Shown: positions 22,833 to 33,247, counted from the stretch's first letter. The stretch: 39,290 nucleotides of DNA from Octopus bimaculoides (GCF_001194135.2 NC_068991.1:28763922-28803211), one strand, 5' to 3'. Program-made: numbers and translations. The notes: a model not told the origin generated them from the letters alone.

Positions 22833-23142
22833 AGTTTGTAACTTCTTTCAACAACTTAACTTGGTTTTCAAAAAATTATTATGATGAGTAATGAACTAAA
22901 ATACCTTTGTTGGTTAAAATGAAACTGATTGAAAGAATTGAACATAATGTCATACATTAAATATAATGTAAAATTTGATGTATTACATAGTAAAAAACAA
23001 CCTCTTATATAGGAGAGTATTGTAGTTCGCTTGAAGCATTGTGTATTGTTTGTAAAGAATAAAAAGTTTAGGAAAGTATAACAATGCACTATAGAACAAA
23101 AAATGGACTGTATACCTGTTGTAACTTGGTAAACTATAGTCC

Positions 23143-23178
23143 GATGATATTTCGGAATTAGAATTCCTTCTTCAGATC
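23143..23178 (-). ncRNA. Minimal type-I hammerhead ribozyme motif (AUC site)
   Basis: Minus strand: GAU-CUGAAGA-A-GGAAU-UCUA-AUUCC-GAAA-UAUC-AUC. Confidence 0.65.
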
Positions 23179-23368
23179 TTATTTGCTGGAGTCTCAGAAA
23201 TGGAATGATGTAACATTTATGGCTTGCCAAAGGACATTAGCTATGAAGCAAAATACTACAAATAGGTATCAAAACCTGATCATTTGAGTTGACTCACCAA
23301 GAGTTATGAATTAGGTGAGCCAAAAGTTTTCAAATCAAATCCGAATTATTATATTTTAAAGTACTCAC

Positions 23369-23503
23369 TTGCCGCATTCCATGTGATGTTGATTTTCAAC
23401 TCCCAGACCCATTATTAGGCTGCAGTATGTCTGTCCAAGGAGATTCTGACAAATTTCTATCTTAGCATTTGCCTTTAGTTCGGATTCATAAGAATTCACA
23501 GGG
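23369..23503 (-). CDS. PPP1R36: PPP1R36-like exon (135 nt, phase 2-2; PVNSYESELKANAKIEICQNLLGQTYCSLIMGLGVENQHHMECG)
   Basis: Acceptor gtgatttcag, donor AA|gtgagt. LGQTYCSLIMGLG..QHHMECG matches human LAQKYCILVLGL..KHHMCCG. Lies inside ORF 23365..23574. Confidence 0.9.
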
Positions 23504-23727
23504 CTGAAATCACAAGTCTTTTGTTTTTTTATTAGTGAACATATGATAGTCTGTAGCCACAGGAGGCATAACATCTACAACAGTTGCAGGGATCGTATTG
23601 ACCAAAGTATTCATTTGAGTGTTTTACTCATTTTATCAATCTCTATTTATCAAATGGCTAAGTTATGGTTATGACATAAGGTTCACAATTTGACACACTA
23701 TCTTGCATTACACACACATGCACACAT

Positions 23728-23770
<43 letters not shown>

Positions 23771-24034
23771 TGCACACACACACATGCAAGCATTCCTCTT
23801 GTTGCAGAAACTCTGATTAGACAATCCCTCACTTGCTGAAGCTAAACTTGGGATATGGCAGATAATTCCATCTTTACAGAAATTTAGGTAAATGTTAACA
23901 ATTTTAAACTAAATTCACAATATGTACACAAGCACACACTCACACACATATGAATATAAAACAATTTCGTTTAGAATTAATATATACTTAGCATGACAAT
24001 TCACTTAACCACTCCTCACCACTTTCTTCTCACA

Positions 24035-24460
24035 ATATCATCATCATCATCATCATCATTTAATGTCTATTTTCCATGCTGGCATGTGTTGGACAGTTTG
24101 ACTGAAGCTAGCAAGCTGGAGAGCTGTGTGAGGCTCCATTTGTCTGTTCTGGTATGGCTTCTATTGCTGGATGCCCTTCCTAATGCCAACTACTTTACAG
24201 AGTGTACTGGGTGCTTTTTATATGGCCCCAGCACAGGTACTTTTTACATGGCCCCAGCACAGGTACTTTTTACATGGCCCCAGCACAGGTACTTTTTACA
24301 TGGCCCCAGCACAGGTACTTTTTACATGGCCCCAGCACAGGTACTTTTTTCAGAGCATCAGCATGGATGCATTTTATGTGTTGCTGGCACAGATGCTTTT
24401 TATGTGACACCAGCATGAGTGCTTTTTACGTGGCACTAGTATGGGTGCTTTTTACGGGGC
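24035..24460 (-). mobile_element. RTE 3' UTR fragment with expanded 26-bp module
   Basis: Same tail. About five tandem copies of ggccccagcacaggtactttttacat at 24224-24350. Confidence 0.8.
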
Positions 24461-24559
24461 ATTTTGTACATTTTGTTGCTTATAGCCAACCGACTCAACT
24501 CTTTAAATGATTTAATTTATTCTCCTACAGTTTATTTTTTTTTTCATTTGTCACTATCC

Positions 24560-24787
24560 TTGATCCTTTTGTTACCATATTTCTTCTGAAATGCATAAAC
24601 TTTGTTTCAGTTAATTTTTAAAATAATGAAGAATTTAGCAAAGCACCATTATTATTATTATTAAGATGGTGTTTGAAACAAATTAACATAGCATTTTAAT
24701 GACAGGTTTCAGTTTAGATCACTTTAAATCAAGAAGTCTGTATCATAGAACCAGGGGTGATTTCAGGCAGGTTGCTACGAAATGAGT
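24560..24787. mobile_element. MITE family A copy
   Basis: cctttt-gttaccatatttct, aataatgaagaatttag, ggtgtttgaaac, tatcatagaaccaggg. Confidence 0.6.
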
Positions 24788-24857
24788 GGACATTCTTTTC
24801 AACATCAATCTGCCCCTTCCATATAAGTCTTCTAATGACATCATTAAGGTTACTTAC

Positions 24858-24956
24858 AAATGATTGCTCTGATATTTCTTCCGTAAAGCTTCTCTCTCGA
24901 AGTAGAAATGGAAATATCGCAACAGGTTGATGAGGAACAAATCAAACTGCTGGGAA
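24858..24956 (-). CDS. PPP1R36: PPP1R36-like exon (99 nt, phase 2-2; SQQFDLFLINLLRYFHFYFEREALRKKYQSNH)
   Basis: Acceptor ttcttcttcag, donor TT|gtaagt. Matches human LDNFLMALLYYLSHYLEK. Confidence 0.88.
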
Positions 24957-25889
24957 CTGAAGAAGAATTAAACAAATAAATATACAAGTTAATATAAAAA
25001 TTATTGAACATCTTTTAACATATATATTGCTAGATAAATCACTCTTCCTATTAATTTTGACTAGTGGGACCTGTGAATATTTCACAGAATTAATGGTAAA
25101 CCTATTGGGTTATTTCTGAAAACTTTATCCAAAAAATCCTGAAAGCATAGCCTGTATGGAAAAAGAGTCACCCATCTGCTAGTCATTGCAAAGTGAAAGA
25201 AATTGGAATACGATGATTACTTTATATATGCACTTTATATACTTTGTACACAATTTTATAGACTTAATACACAGCGCTCATAAAATAAATATTCACTCTT
25301 ATTTTTCCATTTTTCCCATAAACAAAAAAAAAAAAACCCCATACATATGATACAACCTTAAGTTAAATTACATATATCTGCTATGTAAACAAGCATGAAT
25401 ATTTCATGGAATTGAACTTATGTGTTAAGTCATAGAACTTAGTTCAATTAAAAGAAAAGTACTCTTTTCACTATGCAATCACCACTGCCACCTTCACCAC
25501 CACCATCTCCACCACAACAACCACCACCATCACCACTCTCTCCCTTCTCTCTCTCCCTTTCTTTTACCTCATCATCAGAACATCACCCTTCTGCTAAAAT
25601 TATATTTCTAACTCTCTTTCTCTATATCACTACCTTCAACTAACTTTTTTAACCACGTAATAAATTTTAAATTCCCCCTACCACATGTCACAGATGCTTT
25701 TTTTCTCTCTCCCTCTTTCTGTCTCGCTCTTCACCTTGTCCTTTTTCTCTCTCCTTTTTCTTTCTCCTCTCTTTCCCTTCAACTAATCACTTGAAAGCAT
25801 CATAATTACATTCCTCTGCCTCACATCATGGACACTTCTTTCTCTTTTTCTCTCTTTCACTTTTCTTTCTCCCTCTTTTTCTCTAATCA

Positions 25890-26330
25890 CATGAAAGTGT
25901 TACTGATGGGCTAAGTAACATAATGACATGCAGAATTATTATAAGATGGCTTTCATCCATGATACTGCCAGTGAAAGCTTCTCTACATGCTACAAGAAAA
26001 TCTTGTTTTTTTTTACTGGATACAAGAGTTGGGCCCATAGCTTCTGTAGTCCCCATGAGATTGGGGAGATTGATGTGGTTAATGTTTCTTTTAAACAGTA
26101 GCAAGTCAATAAATGTACTTAGATGTAGGGGTTCATGACAACCTGAGGGAATTCCAGTTCTGGGAAGAAAGGACTGGGTATAGTGGTTAACAAAGGCCCT
26201 GAAGGAGTTGACAGAAGTGGTAAAAGATAGACAAATGAATGAGTCAGGAGTGCCTAGTACAGCACTGTAATTAATGATACAAGGAGCAAGTTTAGAGTAA
26301 ATTATAAATCTGATAGCTTGAATCCAATAC
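25890..26330 (-). mobile_element. Very degenerate PLE-like pre-RT region
   Basis: LVSSKKKQDFLV...SIMDESH resembles the L..LK.R.D.VI..ADKG..V.MD..Y motif. Confidence 0.35.
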
Positions 26331-26604
26331 ATTAACTAAGGTGTCCTTTCCAAGGTTTTTATAAAATAATTTAAAAGAGCTTTGACTGATATTTTTAGCA
26401 GATCAAGCCACTGAATGAAGGCTCCATCATTGGTTCAAGATGTAGATATAAAGTGAAAATGAATTAAATAAATATGAGTATTTGGTGACCCTGTTATTGT
26501 ACTCTTAATGAAGATTGTTAACAAGTTTACATAGAGCAAAAATGAAGAAAACACTGTTATGTAGGAAAACTATCAAATGGGTTAATGAGAATAGTTTCTA
26601 TATT

Positions 26605-26783
26605 GATTTCAAGTTTTGGCACAAGGCCAGAAATTCCAGGAGAGAGGATAAGTTGATTACATCGATCCCAGTGTTCAACTGGTAGGCAAAGTCAATCTCA
26701 GCAGAATTTGAACTCAGAATGTACAGGTAGACGAAATGTCAATAAGCATTTTGCCAAGTATGCAAATGGTTCTGCCAGCTCAC
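26605..26783 (-). mobile_element. SINE family 2 copy with internal deletion
   Basis: Matches 31222-31424 but lacks the tacttattttatcgac..gaaag segment. Confidence 0.7.
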
Positions 26784-27084
26784 AGGCTTCAATAGTTTTT
26801 ATATTGTTGTTCAATAGTGTTCTTTATAAATAGCATCACAATTTCTTCCAGGGACTTCAGTTACTAAAAATAGGTGCAACATTTGAATCGACATTAACTT
26901 GGCTACCATAACAACAGACAACCAGCAAAGGTGTTTCAAAATCATAGCTTACTATCTTGAAAATGCAAATATTTTGGATAATGTAATTCTAGGTACACTG
27001 CCTGGAACAAAAATGAAAAAATGGTATGGTCATGACTGGAATGCTTTGATCAAAAGATCTGCTCAATCAAGACTGCAGTTCTTT

Positions 27085-27240
27085 GGCTAAACAACAGCAA
27101 CAACAATGGCAGCAGCAGCAGTTGCAGCAGCAATGGCATTGGTGACAACAGTGATGACAACAACATTGGCAACGGCATTGACAACAACAGTGATGATGAC
27201 AACAGCATTGATGATGATGATGATGATGACAACAATGATA
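27085..27240. repeat. Mixed CAG/CAA/GAT trinucleotide tract
   Basis: Direct inspection. Confidence 0.8.
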
Positions 27241-27359
27241 ACAAAGAATTTAATTCACTTTTATAATTTATGATTATGTGAAAATCATTCCTTGGCTGTG
27301 AAGAAGATGTTAAATTTGTAAGTCAGTACAAATTTAAAATAACAATTACTAATACGTAC

Positions 27360-27426
27360 TTATAGATTGTGTAGAAGCTCTCAGGTGTCTTACCAAAATG
27401 ATAAGAAGTGGTCTGGTCAGTAATAC
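27360..27426 (-). CDS. PPP1R36: PPP1R36-like exon (67 nt, phase 1-2; ITDQTTSYHFGKTPESFYTIY)
   Basis: Acceptor ttaattgtcttcaag, donor AA|gtacgt. SFYTIYNSQQFD keeps the spacing of human SFTTFMRNKNLD. Confidence 0.7.
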
Positions 27427-27718
27427 CTTGAAGACAATTAACAGGGGTTAGTTTTAAAAAAGAGAAGAAATGAAAGAGAAGAAAGAGGAAATTTATAGTT
27501 TTAATTATTTTCTTAAGTGAAACAATCAGAAATATTACTGACTGTTCAAAAATAATAAGAGCTTACATTTATCAAACTACTGATGCATTAGCCATTTACC
27601 CTTTATAGCTAACACTGTAAATACAGTCAAATGTAAACGTCTTTATATACAAAAGCTTAATAGACAGAAAAAAGGGAATCAGCCAGAGTAATTTCTGTCG
27701 TGTAACTGAGTACCCTCC

Positions 27719-27822
27719 TTAATTCTTTTGATATCAACCTCATCAAATTCTTCATTATTTTTAAAAATCAATTGAAACAAAGGCAGTGTATTTCAATAGA
27801 AATATGTTAACAAAAAGGTTAA
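27719..27822. mobile_element. MITE family A, 104-bp deletion derivative retaining both ends
   Basis: ttaattcttttgatatcaacc joined to aaattcttcattattt...caaaaaggttaa. Confidence 0.6.
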
Positions 27823-28008
27823 CTTCCCACAGACATGATACATATAAACTCACTGTTAATGACAGCTCATGCGAACTGGATGGATTAATTTGGTTATATA
27901 TCATTCTCAGTTGTGAATTTTATCAATAAACTACTAGTGTTAACAGTGTGTTTGTTTCAGTGTTGTACAGTGCATAACATTGTACTGTGAGTATATGTTT
28001 AGATAACA

Positions 28009-28066
<58 letters not shown>

Positions 28067-28140
28067 AATGTAACCACATGTGGATCGTTGCCGATTTTTT
28101 TCCCCTGTCTTCCTTTTCTCTTGGACTTTCCTCCATCTCC

Positions 28141-28178
28141 TGTTTCTGATGAAGAGCTTTGCTCAAAACGTAAAAACT
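28141..28178 (+). ncRNA. Decayed minimal hammerhead ribozyme motif (G12 changed to A)
   Basis: GUUU-CUGAUGA-A-GAGC-UUU-GCUC-AAAAC-GUA-AAAAC; GAAAC reads AAAAC. Confidence 0.6.
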
Positions 28179-28526
28179 ACCTTACTTTCCTACCCTGAGC
28201 GTGTCTTAATACTTTGTATGTACCACATCCTCACATTGTTGTTTTTTCTTGTGTTTGCTCTAAGGTTGTTCTTTCCAAGGGATAAATTTTATCAAAACAT
28301 ACACCAGTTTAGCTCCATGTCGATTAACGATATTGGAAGTTTTATATGTGTATATGTACTAGTGTTTATCGTTGGTTCTCCTTTGATCTCAGTACCTTAC
28401 ACTTCTGAAATTCTAGTTGTCAGTATAGAGGTTTCCTTTATTTTCGATATAGGAGAAAAAAATTTTAACATTATAAAGAAAAATGGAGAATACATACATA
28501 GGATAATCAATTTATTTATTATATTA

Positions 28527-28748
28527 TAGTCAATTCATATTGCCTACGTGGCATTTCAGTTTGTTGCTCCATCCAACTTTGCACATTTAAAGTGCATTAT
28601 GAAGTTGAAAGCAAAAATCTCCTCAGGGCAAATTGACTTCCAGTTTGCCCTGAGGAAGTTTTTGCTTTCAGCTTCATAATGCACTTTAAATGTGCAAATT
28701 TGAATGAGCAACAAACCGAAACGCTGCGTAGGCAATATGAATTGACTA
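28527..28748. repeat. Foldback element with about 108-bp arms and a 5-nt loop; probable TA-target MITE
   Basis: tagtcaattcatattgcctacg...gggcaaattg-acttc-cagtttgccc...cgtaggcaatatgaattgacta. Confidence 0.9.
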
Positions 28749-28789
28749 TGGTTATTAATAAATAATGTGATTATCCTATGTATATATTC

Positions 28790-29237
28790 TCCATTGAAGA
28801 CTTATTGGGGCAAGCGAAAGCAAAATCAGGATGGCACCTGTGCCCAGCGTCGCCTTTCTGGCACTTGTGCCCACAGCATGTGTAAGGACTTTCGAGCGAG
28901 ATCATTGCCAGTGCCCCTGGACTGGCTCTTGTGCGGGTGGCACATAAAATACACCATTTTGAGCGTGGCCGTTGCCAGTACCGCCTGATTGATCTTCGTG
29001 CGGGTGACACGTAAAAGCACCTACTACACTCTCAGAGTGGTTGGCGTTAGGAAGGGCATCCAGCTGTAGAAACTCTGCCAAATCAGATTGGAGCCTGGTG
29101 TAGCCTTCGGGCTCNNNNNNNNNNAACTCTGCCAAATCAGATTGGAGCCTGGTGTAGCCTTCGGGCTCAGTCAAATCGTCCAACCCATGCTAACATGGAA
29201 AGCAGACGTTAAACGATGATGATGATGATGATGATAT
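28790..29237 (+). mobile_element. RTE 3' UTR/tail copy, young
   Basis: Close match to 1-228 with many CpG retained; (GAT)n tail; interrupted by a 10-N gap. Confidence 0.85.
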
Positions 29238-29329
29238 ATTTATATATAGTCTTGTGCTTTATGTATATTTGTATGATGCACCATGTTCATATTTCTGTTT
29301 TGAACATCTCTTTATTTTGTTATTATTCA

Positions 29330-29900
29330 GACTAGCCGATGCCCCTATACATCACTTATCCCCATGTGCTTCCATTCTTCCATAAATTGTGCCCTTTTTC
29401 CATTTGAACCCAAATTGCTTCCCCTTTCATCTTCCCATCAACATGGAGGTCTCCCAAGTAGTCTCTTCTGATTTCCTGGATATCAGTTGACGACTGTAAA
29501 GGTCCACTTGTTGTATATGAGCCTTGTGATATGTCTGGCCCAGCAGAATTTGTGCTTTTGGTATTCTATAATTACATCGTTCACATCACTGTGTTTTCAA
29601 ATTACATTACTTTGGATATGCTTCCAAAGATACTATATATTTTTAGCAAGTCTGAAGGCTTTAGCTGTGTAATGTTCATTACTATTGTTTGACAATTATG
29701 TTTTGGAGCTATTAAAGGTGATTAGATTTTCATGTACCCAGTAAAGAAAGTTTTCCTGGTGTTTGCTGTGCCCCTGAGCCTGATTATGTTTCCAACACAT
29801 TTTCTTTATTACATTTTTCTTCTCTACATCATCCATTTTCATTAATGTCATACTAATTTTATCACTTTTCTCAATTATTCTACAGATTAAGACAATTCCT
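29330..29900 (-). mobile_element. Highly degenerate RTE-like ORF C-terminus (different family)
   Basis: Frameshifted WARHITR..NKWTFTVVN.YP.NQKRLLGRPP..WED, typical of RTE C-termini. Confidence 0.45.
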
Positions 29901-30102
29901 TGCAATTGGAAAGAAAATTATTCTCTTGGAGAGAAAATTACGCAGCTTCCTACTCTTAATTATTACAAAGAACTAAAATATAGCAACTTACATCATATTT
30001 ACGAGATGAATTTATCTCTCTAATGTTGGTCACATGAACTTTCCACAGATGAGATAATTAGAGTTCAAACCCTACCAGAACCTCAGATAAATAGGAACTT
30101 AC

Positions 30103-30200
30103 TTTTTAAGTGGTGCAGTGTGACAACATCAGCTGATTTTGAGAAAGATGAAGATTTTTTAAATACAGGTTGTCCAGGATGTTGCTCCCAAGAAGTTTTC
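30103..30200 (-). CDS. PPP1R36: PPP1R36-like exon (98 nt, phase 2-1; KTSWEQHPGQPVFKKSSSFSKSADVVTLHHLK)
   Basis: Acceptor ctcttgtacctgcag, donor A|gtaagt. VTLHHLK aligns with ITLDDVK of human PPP1R36 as I recall it. Confidence 0.8.
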
Positions 30201-30344
30201 CTGCAGGTACAAGAGCATAAAAAAAATTAAAAAACAGGCAAAGCGATTATAAAAAAAATCAGAATACAGTTTCAACAAACTTTCTAAACATTAAAAAGAT
30301 TACCGAAACACAAACACATGCACACAAATAAAAACAAAGAGTGC

Positions 30345-30362
30345 GTGCGCACGCGCGCACAC

Positions 30363-30451
<89 letters not shown>

Positions 30452-30500
30452 AACATACATATGCATATATATTTATCTTACGCACACGCACACACACACA
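30345..30500. repeat. (CA)n microsatellite
   Basis: Direct inspection. Others: (CT)n about 10316-10348; (TA)n 12470-12507, 28012-28062 and about 32800-32925; (CA)n about 23710-23785; CA-rich 17040-17520; (GGT)n about 37435-37465. Confidence 0.95.
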
Positions 30501-30579
30501 TAGAACAGATGAGAGAAGTGAGGTGAGAGAGTAGATGTTTATTCTATTCATTCACAGCTGTTTCATAGTCCTGTCAGCT

Positions 30580-30971
30580 ATGTAATAGATGTTGTTAGCA
30601 CTCTGTCGCTTACAACGTCAAGGGTTCCAGTTGATCCGATCAACGGAACAGCCTGCTCATGAAATTAACGTGCATGTGGCTGAGCACTCCACAGACACAT
30701 GTACCCTTAATGTAGTTCTCGGGGAGATTCAGCGTGACACAGTGAATTACAGACCCTTTGAATTACAGGCACAACAGGAACAGGAAGTAAGAGTGAGAGA
30801 AGGTTGTGGTGGAAGAGTACAGCTGGGTTCGCCACCATCCCCTGCCGGAGCCTTGTGGAGCTTTAGGTGTTTTCGCTCAATAAACACTCACAATGCCCGG
30901 TCTGGGAATCAAAACCACGATCCTATGACCGCGAGTCCACTGCCCTAACCACTGGGCCATTGCGCCTCCAC
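30580..30971 (-). mobile_element. tRNA-derived SINE family 3, near full length
   Basis: Head gtggaggcgcaatggcccagtggttagggcagtggactcgcgg..ggttttgattccc; 3' end gatcaactggaaccc..gcgacagagtgctaacaac. Confidence 0.8.
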
Positions 30972-31221
30972 TTAATAAATGTTACATCAATATTAACTTA
31001 CATATAAAATAGAGCAATGTAATTTCAGAGGGAGAAGTTAAAAAAAGAAATAAAAGTCAAATAACCAGAAAAATATAAACATAAATGATAAAATAGGTTT
31101 GTGAAAATTAATGTGGAAATAAGATATGGGTACTAAAATAGAATTAATTTCCAAAGAGAGGTAAGGTGATCCGTCTAGTATTAATTTAGGTGAATAAATG
31201 AATTAATAAATAAATAAATAA

Positions 31222-31424
31222 TAGTTTCAAATTTTGCCACAAGAGCAGCAATTTTGGGGAAGGGGAAGAGTTGCTTACATAAATTCCAGTGTTCAACTGG
31301 TACTTATTTTATCGACTCTGAAGGAGGAAAGACAAAGTTGACCTTAGCAAAATTTGAACCCAGAACATAAAGACAGACAAAATGCCACTAAGCATTTTGC
31401 CCAGCATGCTAACGATTCTGCCTG
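31222..31424 (-). mobile_element. tRNA-derived SINE family 2
   Basis: Minus strand gcagaatcgttagcatgctgggcaaaatgcttag..gggttcaaatt..ggtcaactttgtctttcctcc..gtcgataaaataagtaccag. Related copies at about 6905-6990, 10455-10532, 26605-26783 and 35270-35432. Confidence 0.8.
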
Positions 31425-31689
31425 AAAAGTCATGTGGTCAGTAGGAAGAGAGGAACACAAAGGATGAACCAAATAAGGTTTAAAAGAAAGATTAGGACAG
31501 AAAGTGGGGCATAATTTGTTGGAATTTTATGGCCTGCCGGTTTTGAGGGATACCAGAAGAATATTAGTATGGTATCAACTACACACATAGTGTGAATAAT
31601 CACAAGCACATTAGCACACATGTTCATACATTCAAATGTTGATACCCAAATCATGCACTGATTTTGATTCAAGGATTTCAGTCCCTCAT

Positions 31690-32160
31690 GGACCAGTGAT
31701 CCAATCTGTTTTTCATTGAGTTTCCTGTGTTGGTAGTGCAGGGCTTGGAATTTTGCAGTATTAAACTGCATGTTATTTTCCTTGGCCCACCTGTATATTG
31801 TGTCCAACTCACGTTGTAGATGCACAATGTCTCCAGGGTTCTGTATCATCTGAGAGACTTTTGTATCATCTGCATAGCTGGCAAGAGTAGCTACTTGAGC
31901 AGCTAAGGGCACGTCAGAGAGGGCCACAATGAATGGCAGTGGTCAGTGCTCTGTAGAACACCACTCATTATTTGTGTTTTCTTGGAGGTAGCCCCATTGA
32001 GAACCACTACCTGACTTCTATTTTTTTAGGAAGTCATGTAGCTATTCTCCAAGTTTTCCAAATATGCCAAGATTTTGGAGCTTATGACAAATCATACCAT
32101 GGCTGACTCTTGCAGGGAATGCATTATCAGAATGCTCACAAGTCCATAGACAACAAATCC
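31690..32160 (-). mobile_element. CR1/L2/Jockey-group LINE RT fragment
   Basis: RVSHGMICHKLQNLGI.GKLG, SYADDTKV, LQRELDTIYRWAKENNMQFNTAKF. Confidence 0.85.
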
Positions 32161-33187
32161 AGAACACTAATGTTCGCCAAATTCCAGTGAGAGAACATAT
32201 AGAGACATGCGGTAAGAAAATGTTTCTAATTTTTCCTTTCCTCAAACTACATGACACAAGTGAGGTTAGAAGAAAGATAAAAGAAAAACGGTTTATTAAA
32301 GTGTTCAAACCTGTTCTGAATGGAAATAACAACAATAATATAACAACCAGTTAATGATGTGGATTATAAAAATATCTTTAACATGAATATAAAAAAATTA
32401 CAAAAGACTCTCATCAATTGAAATACAATCAATCAAAACCAAGTTTGCTCACTCATAAAATCATTACATGTAAACCACAAGCTGAATGGTTAAAATAAAA
32501 GTGGGATCTATGCCATTAATATCGGTATGCCTGGCAAACCAAGAAGTTTAAGCTGTATGCAGACTGGTCAAAACCGTATTTCAAAAATTCACCTTCTTAG
32601 AGCCTTCTAAGAGATACAAAAAGAAGTCAGTCATTTTATTACAGTCGTCAAGAATTCAACTGTCAGTTAAATACATTTTGAAATCTGATGATTACGATGA
32701 AAGCGCTAATTGAACTTTATGAACATTACAAAATATTTTTTTAATGTTTAACACACTTCAACATTGTAAAAATTTTTTTTTTTTAAATAGGTATAGGTAT
32801 ATATATATATAGGTATATATATATATATTCACCGATANNNNNNNNNNTATATATATATATATATATATATATAGGTAAATATAAATATATATATATATAT
32901 ATATATAGGTATATATATATATATTCACCGATAATGGTGTTTACATACCGAAGTTGCTTGGTAAAAATTATTGATTATTAATTTATTGATAAATTAATAT
33001 TTCTTTACCCTTTTATTTGTAATAATTATTCACTCCCTGATAGTAAACCGTAGATTTTCTGCGGTATAACTTGTTGACGCACATGGTAATTCTTGAGGAG
33101 AGATGATAGACTGACAGGCCTATTGTAGGTTCGGAGGTGCTGGTAATATGCATAATTGCCTGCACCTTCAGACCTGCAAATTAGAAT

Positions 33188-33247
33188 ATCATACTGATGA
33201 CGGAAATGAAGGTTTTTACCATTCTAATCCAGAAACATGTCTATGAT
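33188..33247 (+). ncRNA. Minimal type-I hammerhead ribozyme motif (GUC site)
   Basis: AUCAUA-CUGAUGA-C-GGA...UCC-A-GAAAC-AU-GUC-UAUGAU, with a perfect 6-bp stem I. Confidence 0.8.

Noticed and set aside
29075-29168. Exact duplication of about 44 bp across a 10-N gap
   Set aside because: Unmerged contig overlap, an assembly artefact. The same pattern occurs around 32838-32847.
30900-30971. tRNA gene
   Set aside because: tRNA-like head continues into a SINE body and no complete cloverleaf is seen. The same holds at 11070-11146.
32593-32606. 14-nt microexon candidate with strong-looking splice sites
   Set aside because: No phase combination fits between the 75-nt and 98-nt exons.
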